Below are positions 40,349-50,405 of a DNA stretch of 64,000 nt, one piece after another. The notes below the pieces were generated by a model that ran no database searches, was not told the DNA's origin, and saw only the letters and a program-made list of their open reading frames with translations. Origin of the DNA: Nitrosopumilales archaeon (GTDB lineage: Archaea > Thermoproteota > Nitrososphaeria > Nitrososphaerales > Nitrososphaeraceae); contig JBIQJB010000001.1 of NCBI GenBank assembly GCA_044507735.1, positions 160,001 to 224,000 on the forward strand, in the 5' to 3' direction. The position numbers and the translations under genes were made by a program. Numbering within the stretch: the first letter of the stretch is position 1; every line of letters starts with the position of its first letter.

Positions 40349-41734
40349 CTAGCCGGCGCCCAGAATATTGTCCTTAGAGAGAGCTTTGTCGAGCTGCTCC
40401 TTTGTCATCAGCTTTTTCTCTAGCACCAGCTCGCGGATGCTCTTGTTGGTCTTGAGCGACTCTTTGTAGATCTCAGCGGCTTTGAGATACCCTATGTATG
40501 GATTGAGCAGCGTAACAAGGACAGGGCTCTTTTCGATGTATGATGCCAGCTTGTCCTTGTTAGCCTCTATCCCGTCTATCATGTTAGCAGCGAATATTGG
40601 CAGGAAATTCTTTAGCATGTCTGTCGAATCTAGCACGCATTTGAGCATGCCGGGCAACATCACATTCAGCTCGAACTGTCCTGCCTGCGCGGCCATCGCC
40701 ACCGAAACATCGTTTCCAATCACGTTAAAGCAGACCATGTTGAGGCACTCGGCGAGCGACGGGTTAACTTTGCCGGGCATTATTGACGAGCCTGCGTGCA
40801 CCGCAGGTATCAGAATCTCTGCAAGCCCTGCTGTTGGACCAGACGCCATAAGTCGAATGTCATTTGCCATTTTTGAAAGCTCGATGGCGAGGTTTCGGAG
40901 AGCCGATGAGCAAGCAGCTACGTCGTACTTGCTCTGGAGGGAGTAAAACATATTCGGTGATGGCTTTAGCCTAAGCCCTGATATTTTTGACAGATTCTTT
41001 ATCGCCAGTTGCCTGTAACCCTTTGGCGTATTGGCGCCTGTACCCACGGCTGTGCCTCCAAGACCAACATAACTTAGACCTGCCATTGATTGAACAAGCA
41101 TTGCCCTGGCCTGCTTGAGCGAGTAAACATATTGCTCGAATTCTGCCCCAAGCGTAACTGGTATAGCATCCATGAGGTGAGTTCTGCCAATCTTGACGAC
41201 ATCTGAGAATTGTCTTGCCTTCCTTTGCAGCGATGCTATCAGCTTGTCAAGCGACGCCACTGTCTCCTTCATATTCAGCAGGATAGCAACGTGCATTGCA
41301 GTTGGGAATGTGTCGTTGCTTGACTGTGACATATTTACATGGTCGTTTGGGCTCAGTATCTCGTATTTTCCCCTCTTCTCGCCCAATATCTCCAAAGCTC
41401 TATTTGCAATGACTTCATTGCTGTTCATGTTAAACGCGGTGCCGGCGCCAGAATTGATCGCTTCAACCACAAATTGGTCCAGAAGCTTGCCCGCAAGAAT
41501 TTCGTCGCATGCTTTGACTATCGCCCTGGCCTTTTCTGCGTCAAGTGCCTTGAGCTCTTTGTTTGCAAGCGCGGCAGAGCGCTTGATCATGACATACGCC
41601 CTCACGAGATTGATGTGAGCTCTTTGCCCAGTCACCTTATACTGGTTGATTGCACGCGCAGTAAACGGTCCATAGTACGCTGTAGATGGAACCTTGATCT
41701 TGCCAAGCGAATCTTTGTCAATTCTGAATGCCAT
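40349..41734 (-). CDS. fumC: Class II fumarate hydratase / aspartate ammonia-lyase
   Basis: SQSSNDTFPTA, KIGRTHLMDA, GGTAVGTG, GSSIMPGKVNP. Confidence 0.85.
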   Translation of the reverse strand: MAFRIDKDSLGKIKVPSTAYYGPFTARAINQYKVTGQRAHINLVRAYVMIKRSAALANKELKALDAEKARAIVKACDEILAGKLLDQFVVEAINSGAGTAFNMNSNEVIANRALEILGEKRGKYEILSPNDHVNMSQSSNDTFPTAMHVAILLNMKETVASLDKLIASLQRKARQFSDVVKIGRTHLMDAIPVTLGAEFEQYVYSLKQARAMLVQSMAGLSYVGLGGTAVGTGANTPKGYRQLAIKNLSKISGLRLKPSPNMFYSLQSKYDVAACSSALRNLAIELSKMANDIRLMASGPTAGLAEILIPAVHAGSSIMPGKVNPSLAECLNMVCFNVIGNDVSVAMAAQAGQFELNVMLPGMLKCVLDSTDMLKNFLPIFAANMIDGIEANKDKLASYIEKSPVLVTLLNPYIGYLKAAEIYKESLKTNKSIRELVLEKKLMTKEQLDKALSKDNILGAG

Positions 41735-41798
41735 TGCCGGATGGCACTAGTGAGGGGGCCGTAATAAATTAATCGTCAGCCTGTAGCGATACAATATG

Positions 41799-42197
41799 TC
41801 ATACTATTATCTTGCCGGCGGCCAATTCTTCTATCTTTGCTGCATCATCGCTGGACAGTCTTGCTCCGTGCAGTGCAAGTGGGTTTTGATTCGCAGCTGG
41901 GGTATCACGTACTGGCACTGGTGGTACATAGCGCGTCAGCCTTGAAAACACTATCTTGCCGTACCAGTTGTTTTCAATACACAGCTTGTTCTCTTCTCCT
42001 TCATTCATTTCATCCAATTCTACAAACCTATCAACCACGCCCGAACCGAGAAACATTTCTTTTTTGACAAACAACACTGCCATACCGCGCGACCATCCGC
42101 GACTGATGTTGACGTAAAAAGTGTGCTTGGCAAACAGCTGTTTTTCAAGCTCATCCCTTTGCAACTTGAGGATATAGCGTGGAGGTTGCTCGGACAC
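41799..42197 (-). CDS. Hypothetical protein (possibly EVE/PUA-like)
   Basis: 132-aa ORF with TATA upstream; G..VLF...FLGSGVV...F.RLTRY.PPVP pattern. Confidence 0.6.
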   Translation of the reverse strand: MSEQPPRYILKLQRDELEKQLFAKHTFYVNISRGWSRGMAVLFVKKEMFLGSGVVDRFVELDEMNEGEENKLCIENNWYGKIVFSRLTRYVPPVPVRDTPAANQNPLALHGARLSSDDAAKIEELAAGKIIV

Positions 42198-42776
42198 TAG
42201 GCCATCTGGCCTCGCGTAATTATAAAATCATTCTTCTCTGTGTTGTTGCCCTAGCCGTTTGTGGCGGTCAAGCGCCGTCACGATTGAATCCGCATCAATC
42301 CAACTGACCTTGGTCTCGGCTTTGCTGACTCCGAAACTCTCTGATAGTTAACACTGTGCACGTCGCCATCAGCCCAATGGCGAATCTTTGACATCCGATT
42401 ATTACTCCATGAGAACCTCTCTCCCCGACCATGACCATCAAGTGGTACGCTGCCATTTCTAACATTTGATGACAGAAGATGAAAACCATATCCTCCGTGT
42501 CTTACTATGAGCCGGGGACAGATGCCCTTGGTCTTGCCGGAGATCATCTCGGTCAGCGTCAAGTTTGGGGAGTAAGGGACATACTGCTACACGCGGAGAA
42601 CGCATTCCTGGATGGCTTGAATGACAATCATAAGCTAAGCAAGAATTCTGATCCTCTCTCACATACTTTGCTCAGTTACCTTGCCCCTAGTCGCCGTGCA
42701 CTTTGATACTCGTTTATTTTGCATCTCTTGCCAATACATGGATAATATTATATTACTACTGGATTTTTCAAGCCAT

Positions 42777-43709
42777 ATGCAAGTCAGCGGCAAGGTGCTC
42801 GTCTGCGACTCTATTGACCAGACAGGCATTGACAGCATGAAGCGGGCAGGGCTTAACGTCGACTACAAACCCGAGATCAAACCCGCGGAGCTAGTCTCTT
42901 CAGTTAAGGATTATGAAGTCATAGTTGTAAGGAGCAGAACCAAGGTTACAAAGGAGGTCATTGATGCGGCGGCAAACGCCAAGATAATCGCTCGCGTCGG
43001 AGTTGGTCTGGATAACGTGGATGTGAAGGCCGCCGAGGCACGAAAGATCAAAGTCATCAACGCTCCTGAAGCAGCATCTGTCGCTGTAGCAGAGCTCGCC
43101 ATCGGACTCATGATTTCGCTTGCAAGGAGCATACCCCGGGCCGACGCAGAGGGCAAGCGCGGCAACTGGATCAAGAAGGAGCTCATGGGAACGCAACTCT
43201 CTGGCAAGTACCTCGGCATAGTCGGTGTGGGCAACATTGGCAGGAATGTAGGCAGGATGGCAAAGGCACTCCGGATGAACCTGATCGGCTATGATCCTTA
43301 CCCCATAAACCGCGATTTCATTTCAGAGACTGGAATGATAGTAACCGACTTGAACACGCTTTTGGAAAGTGCAGACTTTGTTACTTGCCACGTGCCGGCC
43401 ACTCCAGAGACGAGGCACATGTTTAATGCCGAGCGTTTTGCAAAGATGAAGCCGACAGCCTATCTGGTCAATACTTCAAGGGGGGAGATAATAGATGAGA
43501 ATGCCCTGTACGAGGCGCTGAAGAATGGCACGATTGCAGGCGCAGCCCTTGATGTCTTTGAAGTCGAGCCGCCTACCAACAAGGAATTGCTTGGCCTTCC
43601 AAATCTTATCTGCACGCCACACATTGGAGCACAGACAAAGGAGGCACAGGAGCTTGCTTCCACGGTTATTGCAGAAAAGATAATCCAGATCCTGCGCGGC
43701 GTAATATAG
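42777..43709 (+). CDS. serA: D-3-phosphoglycerate dehydrogenase (short form, no ACT domain)
   Basis: RVGVGLDNVD, GVGNIG, NTSRG, LDVFEVEP, TPHIGAQT. Confidence 0.88.
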   Translation: MQVSGKVLVCDSIDQTGIDSMKRAGLNVDYKPEIKPAELVSSVKDYEVIVVRSRTKVTKEVIDAAANAKIIARVGVGLDNVDVKAAEARKIKVINAPEAASVAVAELAIGLMISLARSIPRADAEGKRGNWIKKELMGTQLSGKYLGIVGVGNIGRNVGRMAKALRMNLIGYDPYPINRDFISETGMIVTDLNTLLESADFVTCHVPATPETRHMFNAERFAKMKPTAYLVNTSRGEIIDENALYEALKNGTIAGAALDVFEVEPPTNKELLGLPNLICTPHIGAQTKEAQELASTVIAEKIIQILRGVI

Positions 43710-43743
43710 ATTATAAAAGGGTAACAGACAGGAGAGGGTTAGT

Positions 43744-44202
43744 ATGCACAGCTATATGACCCAGACATGGCTTCGGATGTGGAAGGAAAACTCTGACGCA
43801 CTCAAGTCAAAGGCGGTAGTCTGGAGGTCGGAGCCAACCATCCATAGGATAGAGAGGCCAAGCAGGCTCGATAGGGCCAGAAGGCTGGGTTACAAGGCAA
43901 AACAAGGCATTGTCGTAGTCCGAGCCCGTGTGGGAAGGGGCGGCATGCGCAAGCAGCGTCCTGTGGCTGGAAGGAGGCCAAAGCACATCGGCGTCGTACA
44001 CATCAAACAAGGCATCAGCATGCGCAAGGTTGCAGAGCGTAGGGTAAACGAGAAATTCCCGAACCTCGAAGTGCTCGGCTCATACTATCTTCACAAGGAT
44101 GGCATGAACATCTGGTATGAAGTGATTCTGGCCGACCCGTCACACCCTGCGATTTCGAAGGACAGAGAAATGCGCGGCAAGCTCAAAGCATTCGCAAAGT
44201 AG
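43744..44202 (+). CDS. rpl15e: 50S ribosomal protein L15e
   Basis: RLDRARRLGYKAKQG, GRRPK, PNLEVLGSY, WYEVILADP. Confidence 0.97.
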   Translation: MHSYMTQTWLRMWKENSDALKSKAVVWRSEPTIHRIERPSRLDRARRLGYKAKQGIVVVRARVGRGGMRKQRPVAGRRPKHIGVVHIKQGISMRKVAERRVNEKFPNLEVLGSYYLHKDGMNIWYEVILADPSHPAISKDREMRGKLKAFAK

Positions 44203-44224
44203 CAATAATGCCGCCAGCTGCGGC

Positions 44225-44590
44225 TTAGCTGGCTTTTTTCACCAGTTCTCTGTGCTTTCTTAACTCATTAACTGTGGTTACAATGAGTGCCGACTGCAGA
44301 ACATAGCCGCCAAGTATCAGCAAGACTGCATTGAATGGCTTTGAGAATGTAGTCATTATCTGAACATGTGGTGGCGCAAGTGAGTTGCCGATCATCACAA
44401 TCACTGCTAGAGGTATACATACATAGAGTGCCTTTCGGAATCCCTTGTAAGTGAGAACAGTTAGGGCGATGAAGGATAGTTCTAACGCGATCGCCCTATC
44501 GATAAACTGCGGGTCACCAAATGGTATTGCAATTGCACCTACCGCACTAATTAACGCTAGTACTACCACTACCGGGCTGAGAGACATCAC
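44225..44590 (-). CDS. Hypothetical membrane protein (about 4 TM)
   Basis: Four hydrophobic segments. Confidence 0.7.
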   Translation of the reverse strand: MMSLSPVVVVLALISAVGAIAIPFGDPQFIDRAIALELSFIALTVLTYKGFRKALYVCIPLAVIVMIGNSLAPPHVQIMTTFSKPFNAVLLILGGYVLQSALIVTTVNELRKHRELVKKAS

Positions 44591-44666
44591 TCGTTTTTTG
44601 TCTGAATTTCAATTAAAGCGTTTCACAATGTAACTATTAATAACGAGCGGAGTACTCTGACGATGT

Positions 44667-45719
44667 ATGAAGGCTGCACGCATAATCAAGACAAAGGAGC
44701 CGCTTGAGATCAAGGACATTGACGTTCCGAAACCAAGGAACGACCAAGTGCTTGTAAAGGTTGAGAGCGCGGGCGTATGTCATAGTGATCTGCATCTGTG
44801 GGAAGGCGGTTACGCCGGTCCTCAGGGCGTTTTTATGAAGGTTGAAGACCGAGGAGTAAAGTTTCCACTTACCCCAGGCCATGAAGTCGCTGGCACCATT
44901 GAAGAGATGGGCGAATCTGTCACCGGCTTTTCCAAGGGCGACAAGGTTCTGGTTTATCCATGGATTGGCGAGGGCACATGTCCTGCGTGCAGAGTAGGTG
45001 AAGAGAACATCTGTGATGCTCCACGCAGCCTCGGCGTGTACCAAGACGGCGGTTATTCTGAATTCGTCCTAGTGCCAAGTCACAAATATCTCGTAAAGTT
45101 GCGAGGGCTTGACCCCGACTCCACCGCATCTCTTGCTTGCTCTGGTCTCACTGCATATACTGCAGTCAAGAAGGCACAATCTCAGCCCGGAGACACTCTT
45201 GTAATAGTGGGCGCAGGCGGCCTGGGGCTCATGGCCGTCCAGATCGCAAAGGCAATTAGCAATGCCAGGATTGCAATCGTGGATATCGATGACAAAAAGC
45301 TAGCGGAGGCCAAAAGGCTAGGGGCAGATGAAGTCATTAACTCTGGGACAGGCGACCCTGTCAAAGGAATCAAGGACGTTACAAACAACTTGGGAGCAGA
45401 GGCAGTAATAGACTTTGTAAACAATGCCAAGACCGCCCCCAACTCTCTCAACATGCTGAGGAAGAGAGGCAGACTCGTCATGGTTGGACTGTTCGGAGGT
45501 TCGCTCGAGTTGAACCTGCCACTTGTCCCGCTACGGGCGTTTAATATAACTGGCGCCTACACCGGCAAGTACGCCGATCTTGTAGAGATGGTAGAGCTTG
45601 CAAGGATGAACAAGATCCAATCAGTCGTGTCAAGAAAGTTCACACTGGATCAGGCAAATCACGCACTGGAAGAGCTGAAGGCCGGAAAGATAATCGGAAG
45701 GGCAGTCATCAATCCATAG
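44667..45719 (+). CDS. adh: Zn-dependent alcohol dehydrogenase (MDR family)
   Basis: GVCHSDLH, GHE, structural Zn site EGTCPACRVGEENIC, GAGGLG. Confidence 0.92.
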   Translation: MKAARIIKTKEPLEIKDIDVPKPRNDQVLVKVESAGVCHSDLHLWEGGYAGPQGVFMKVEDRGVKFPLTPGHEVAGTIEEMGESVTGFSKGDKVLVYPWIGEGTCPACRVGEENICDAPRSLGVYQDGGYSEFVLVPSHKYLVKLRGLDPDSTASLACSGLTAYTAVKKAQSQPGDTLVIVGAGGLGLMAVQIAKAISNARIAIVDIDDKKLAEAKRLGADEVINSGTGDPVKGIKDVTNNLGAEAVIDFVNNAKTAPNSLNMLRKRGRLVMVGLFGGSLELNLPLVPLRAFNITGAYTGKYADLVEMVELARMNKIQSVVSRKFTLDQANHALEELKAGKIIGRAVINP

Positions 45720-45743
45720 GCTGCCCTTACTGGTGCAGTTGCG

Positions 45744-46079
45744 CTACTGCCTCCTGCCAGCATGGAATGCATTCCACACCTTCACGCCGTCGTTTCGCTT
45801 GATGTCTTCAAGGACTGGAGCATAGCCCGGACCGGCAGCCTTTTCCAGTAGCTTCCTCACCTGCTCTTCTCCCTTGAACATTCCGACCCATTCGTCATAC
45901 ACGACCCTTGGGTCTGAGAAGAGCATTGCAAAGGGACTGCGCCCCCTCTTTTTCATGAAATAGTACTCGGCCATTGTAATAAAGCCAGGACCAAATACCG
46001 AGTCGCCTGCTTCAATGAATCTTCTTCTGACCGCCTTGTATGTATCAAGCACGGCTTCAGACCTCTCGTGTGCCTCCAT
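45744..46079 (-). CDS. Hypothetical protein
   Basis: 111-aa ORF; TTAATAATA upstream. Confidence 0.65.
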   Translation of the reverse strand: MEAHERSEAVLDTYKAVRRRFIEAGDSVFGPGFITMAEYYFMKKRGRSPFAMLFSDPRVVYDEWVGMFKGEEQVRKLLEKAAGPGYAPVLEDIKRNDGVKVWNAFHAGRRQ

Positions 46080-46201
46080 GCCGCTGCAGACACGGCTTTA
46101 TTATTAACAAGGTCTCATGTTTTTTATTCTACATACTTCTAGCACGGGAACGTCTCAGCAATTTCTGAACCTCTTATAAGGCTTAGAAGACGAGATCAAC
46201 T

Positions 46202-46729
46202 GTGGCAAACGAGGATAAGAGTAATGATGCTACTTATGAAGAGACTGTAGACAGGACTACCTCGGAATCTCCAGCTGGAGTTACAGTTAGAGAAGAGAGG
46301 ACGATAACAACGGCAACCTCGCCGCCGTCCAGCGATGTTGAGAAATACGAGGTTGAATCCATTGAGGCGCCTGAAGTCCCAGAGGAAGAGTCCGTTTCTG
46401 CTAGGGCAAGAGAGGCAGGTAGATCCCTGAAAGACCTTGTCTATTCTCTTGGCAGAAAGACGAGAGAAGTCACAGAAGAAAAGGCCAAAGAGCTAAAGGC
46501 ACAATCAGTCAACGCTGGAGCTTCCACTGACGCAAGGGACATCCAGCACCTAGGCAGCAACGTGGAAGGCTTGATCACAGTTTTCGAGGACACCATGACT
46601 GAGATACGGAAAGAGCCGTACGATGAGCAGGAAAAGCTGCTGGTAGGCTACAAGAAGCTCTTGGAAGAGCAGATTAATGTTATCAATGCAAGGCTTGCAA
46701 TGGCCAAGCGCCTAAAGCCGGGTGCCTGA
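46202..46729 (+). CDS. Hypothetical acidic/coiled-coil protein
   Basis: 175-aa ORF; CTTATAA ~25 nt upstream. Confidence 0.7.
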   Translation: MANEDKSNDATYEETVDRTTSESPAGVTVREERTITTATSPPSSDVEKYEVESIEAPEVPEEESVSARAREAGRSLKDLVYSLGRKTREVTEEKAKELKAQSVNAGASTDARDIQHLGSNVEGLITVFEDTMTEIRKEPYDEQEKLLVGYKKLLEEQINVINARLAMAKRLKPGA

Positions 46730-46759
46730 CTTTACCAACTATTATTTTGTCAGTTCTTG

Positions 46760-48151
46760 TTATTCGACCAGCAGCTTGCTGGTAATGTCCTTAACCATCA
46801 CAGATTTTATGTTGACGAATTCCTTGATGCCAAATTCTGACAACTCTCTGCCTATGCCTGATTTCTTGATGCCGCCGAAGGGAAGGCGCGGGTCTGACTT
46901 GACCATTTCGTTGACAGACACTATTCCGCTTTCTATCTGACGCGCCAGCCTAATTCCGCGATCAATGTCGGTAGTCCAGATGCTCGCCCCAAGACCAAAT
47001 TCTGAGTTGTTGGCTTCCCTTATCGCCTCCTGCTCATCGTTCACGATAATGATTGGGGCGGCAGGTCCAAATACCTCTTCCCTGACCACTTCCATATCGT
47101 GGTTAACATTTGAGATTATTGTTGGCTCGTAAAAAAAGCCATCACGGTTCACTGGCCGGCCGCCTGTCAGCACCTTGCCTCCTTTGGCCCTTGCATCCTC
47201 AACCTGCTTGGAAAGTGCCTTCCGCTGATTGTCTCTGACAAGAGGACCGACGGTTGTCTTTGGATCAAGCGGGTCTCCCAGGACTTCTGCCTTCGTATTT
47301 TCCACGAACAATCTTGTGAATTTGTCAGCCACTTCTTTTACAACGATAAAACGCTTCGCTGCTATGCAACTCTGACCCGTGTTCAGCAGCCTAGACTGGG
47401 TCGCCATGTGTGCAGTCTGATTCAGCTCTGCATCTTCCAGCACAATGAAAGGGTCACTTCCGCCAAGCTCTAACACAAATTTCTTCAGGCCGCTTGAAGC
47501 AAGCTCGGCCACGCGCCTGCCCGTGTTGACACTGCCAGTAACGGAGACTGCATCGATGCCTGCCTGCACGAGGGCTTCGCCTGCGCGATAGTCGCCGATC
47601 ACTGCCTGAAAAACATTCTCTGGAAAGCCCGCGTCTGCAAAGGCTTCTTCTAACTTGATCGCACTCCCAAGGCATATGCTTGAGTGCTTTAGCACAGCCA
47701 CATTGCCAGCAGTAAGGGCAGGCACTGCAAACCTCATCACCTGCCAGAATGGAAAGTTCCAGGGCATGATGCAGGCCACCACGCCAAGTGGTTCAAATGA
47801 AACAAAGCTCTTGCGAAACTCTGTTGGAATTATTTCATCGCGCAAAAAGACCTCTGCATGCTCCGCATAATAGTCACAAACCCACGCGCACTTTTCGATC
47901 TCGGCGATCGACTGCCTTATCGGCTTGCCCATTTCCTCCGTGATCAGCCGAGCGTATTCTTCACGGTTTTTCCTCATGACTCTGCCAAGCCTGCGCATGT
48001 ATTCGGCCCGCACTGCAAGATCCAAATTTTTCCATTTTGGAAAGGCAGCTCTGGCATCCTTGACCTGTCTGCTGACATCCTCGGGCGTTGCGTTGTCATA
48101 GGATGCAATAACCTTCCCTGTGGCGGGATTGATTGTTTCGATCTTGGGCAT
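46760..48151 (-). CDS. NAD(P)-dependent succinate-semialdehyde dehydrogenase (Sad/GabD-like)
   Basis: MPWNFPFWQVMRFA, LELGGSDP, GQSCIAAKR, EEVFGP. Confidence 0.9.
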   Translation of the reverse strand: MPKIETINPATGKVIASYDNATPEDVSRQVKDARAAFPKWKNLDLAVRAEYMRRLGRVMRKNREEYARLITEEMGKPIRQSIAEIEKCAWVCDYYAEHAEVFLRDEIIPTEFRKSFVSFEPLGVVACIMPWNFPFWQVMRFAVPALTAGNVAVLKHSSICLGSAIKLEEAFADAGFPENVFQAVIGDYRAGEALVQAGIDAVSVTGSVNTGRRVAELASSGLKKFVLELGGSDPFIVLEDAELNQTAHMATQSRLLNTGQSCIAAKRFIVVKEVADKFTRLFVENTKAEVLGDPLDPKTTVGPLVRDNQRKALSKQVEDARAKGGKVLTGGRPVNRDGFFYEPTIISNVNHDMEVVREEVFGPAAPIIIVNDEQEAIREANNSEFGLGASIWTTDIDRGIRLARQIESGIVSVNEMVKSDPRLPFGGIKKSGIGRELSEFGIKEFVNIKSVMVKDITSKLLVE

Positions 48152-48193
48152 AGAAGAACTACGCACCTACATGCTAATAAATAAACCAAAAAG

Positions 48194-48357
48194 TCCCGCG
48201 GGCAGGATTTGCCCCAAAAACGGCTTGCTGCCGGTTTTGTTTGAGCCTGCGACTCTTCGGTTACTGCGTTGTGTGCCCGATAGGCTGCTTCACGTGGTCA
48301 GCTACTGAGAAGCCGACATCTACAGCCGAAAGCTCTACCAGGCTGAGCTACCGCGGG
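48194..48357 (-). tRNA. tRNA-Tyr(GTA) with two introns (37/38: 48262-48319; 58/59: 48209-48240)
   Basis: C1-G72 acceptor CCCGCGG/CCGCGGG-A; TTCGG-CTGTAG^A-CCGAA; GCAGG-CTCAA^AT-CCTGC; 4-bp central helices with 3-nt bulges at both junctions. Confidence 0.92.
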
Positions 48358-48397
48358 ACATTTTCGTTTGTTGTAGGAATGATATATAATCGTGGCG

Positions 48398-49357
48398 TCA
48401 GAGATAATTGGTGGCGACGTCGAGCGCAAAGTAAGAGATAATCCTATCCGCACCTGCCCTCCTTATTGATGCGATCGACGATACCTTCCAGTCTTCTTCG
48501 TCTATCATGCCCTTCATCGCTGCAGCCTTTATCATGGCGTATTCGCCACTAACGTTCTGGACTGCAACAGGAACGCGGCATTTGTCTTTTATCATCCTCA
48601 CAAGGTCCAGATATGCGAGCGCAGGCTTTATCATGACCATGTCCGCTCCTTCGTTGATGTCCGTCTCAATTTCCCTAATCACCTGGCGGGGGTTTGAGTA
48701 CGAAACTTGGTATGGCGACTTGTCAAGCTGCGATTTTGCCGCCTTTACAAAAGCCGCGGACCTGAACGGGGTATAGAGCGAAGAGGAATGCTTGGCAGAA
48801 TACGAGAGTATTGAAGCCTTCAGGCCGCGCGCAGCGAGTGCGCTTCTTATCGCATGTACCTGTCCGTCCATCATTGACGACGGAGCGACGACATCTGCTC
48901 CGGCGTTTGCGTGGCTTACTGCGATCTTGGAGAGTACCTCAAGTGTTGCATCATTGTCCACCACGCTACTTCTGTCTGCAATGATGCCGCAGTGTCCTGT
49001 CAGGTTATATTGACAGACGCAAACGTCTGTCACAACTTCTACCGAGCTTCCGAATCCTGACTTGATTGCCCTGGTAGCCTGCTGCACGACGCCATTATCG
49101 TAAAACGCCTGGGACCCTTGGTGGTTTCTGTTTTTTGGTATGCCAAAGACAATAATGGAAGAGATACCAGCATCCAAGACTGACTGGACGTGGCGCTCTA
49201 TCTTGTCGACTGGGGTAACCGACATGCCTGGCATAGAATCTATCTTGTCAGGTCTCTCTGAAACGAATACTGGAAAGATCAGGTGGCTCTTGCGTAGTCC
49301 CGTCGAGGCAAATATCTCCCGGTACCATTCTTTCCGGTCACGTTCGAGCCGTTGCAA
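48398..49357 (-). CDS. hemB: Porphobilinogen synthase
   Basis: DVCVCQYNLTGHCG, APSSMMDGQV, MVMIKPALAYLD, VSGEYAMIKAA. Confidence 0.95.
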   Translation of the reverse strand: MQRLERDRKEWYREIFASTGLRKSHLIFPVFVSERPDKIDSMPGMSVTPVDKIERHVQSVLDAGISSIIVFGIPKNRNHQGSQAFYDNGVVQQATRAIKSGFGSSVEVVTDVCVCQYNLTGHCGIIADRSSVVDNDATLEVLSKIAVSHANAGADVVAPSSMMDGQVHAIRSALAARGLKASILSYSAKHSSSLYTPFRSAAFVKAAKSQLDKSPYQVSYSNPRQVIREIETDINEGADMVMIKPALAYLDLVRMIKDKCRVPVAVQNVSGEYAMIKAAAMKGMIDEEDWKVSSIASIRRAGADRIISYFALDVATNYL

Positions 49358-49449
49358 TGAGTGTTGGTAATGCGTGAATGCGAATATATGTTTTCAATGC
49401 AAAAATCAACCACAAAATTCATAACGTATTCTTGAGCGGAAACTGGTGC

Positions 49450-50343
49450 ATGCACAGGGTAACTGTCGGCATCCCTGCCTACAACGAGGAACAGAACATT
49501 ATCAACCTTCTCAGGTCTCTTGAGGAACAGCGCTCATTGATTTCCGAAGTGATTGTTTCTGACGACTCTTCCGACAGGACACCCAATCTTGTGCGCGACT
49601 TTGCCGATCACTCGGAACTGAAGATCACTCTCTTACACCATGAAGTAAGGAGGGGCGCAGCTGCTGCATGGAATGAAATTTTCCAAAGGGCTTCTGGTGA
49701 TGTTATTGTGCTCTATGACGCAGATACAATTCCACACCCTTCATGCACTGAACAACTAGCATCGCGGATTTCTGGAAAAACTGCACTATGTGCGTCAAAC
49801 TCGCAGCCAGTGCAGGCAACCGGCATTGCCGGCAGGGCGTCTGTGTTTATCGCAAACTGGCTGAGATCGGTAAGACAGGCGGGACTTTCGCAGTACACCG
49901 TAATGGGAAGGGCACTCGCAATAGGCTCAACCGTAGCAAAAAAAATCCAGATACTGTCAGACATTATCGCAATAGATCTTTACTTGCAATGCAGAGTCCT
50001 TGAAATGGGGCTTGATGTAGTCTACAATGACGATGCCGTAGTGTATTTCAGGCCGGCAAACAGCCTGCCTGACATGGCGTCACAGGTGGTGAGAGCGGTC
50101 AACGGCCACAATCAGATAAGGAAGAACATTGAATCGCTTCGAATCGGAATGCCTCGTCATGTTGGAATCGGGGCTGCGTTGAAAAATACTATCTCCGATC
50201 CTGTAGGGGCAATCTCGACTGCCATAGGATATTGTTTGATGCCGTACTATAGGTCAAAGCTCAAGAGCGTAGACTCTGCGAAATGGCATACTGCTGACAG
50301 CTCAAAAGCAATAGACTATCAGCGGCTCAAAGCTAGATTTTGA
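49450..50343 (+). CDS. Glycosyltransferase family 2
   Basis: IPAYNEE, DDSSDRT, LYDAD. Confidence 0.9.
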   Translation: MHRVTVGIPAYNEEQNIINLLRSLEEQRSLISEVIVSDDSSDRTPNLVRDFADHSELKITLLHHEVRRGAAAAWNEIFQRASGDVIVLYDADTIPHPSCTEQLASRISGKTALCASNSQPVQATGIAGRASVFIANWLRSVRQAGLSQYTVMGRALAIGSTVAKKIQILSDIIAIDLYLQCRVLEMGLDVVYNDDAVVYFRPANSLPDMASQVVRAVNGHNQIRKNIESLRIGMPRHVGIGAALKNTISDPVGAISTAIGYCLMPYYRSKLKSVDSAKWHTADSSKAIDYQRLKARF

Positions 50344-50405
50344 CTTGAACACTTTTTTATAACGGCATATTGTGTAAGCAGACTAAAGCAGGTGAAGCCC
50401 GAGAA

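Noticed and set aside
42240-42706. Possible deacetylase-like remnant (EPGTDALGLAGDHLG)
   Set aside because: Resemblance is too short to support without a search.
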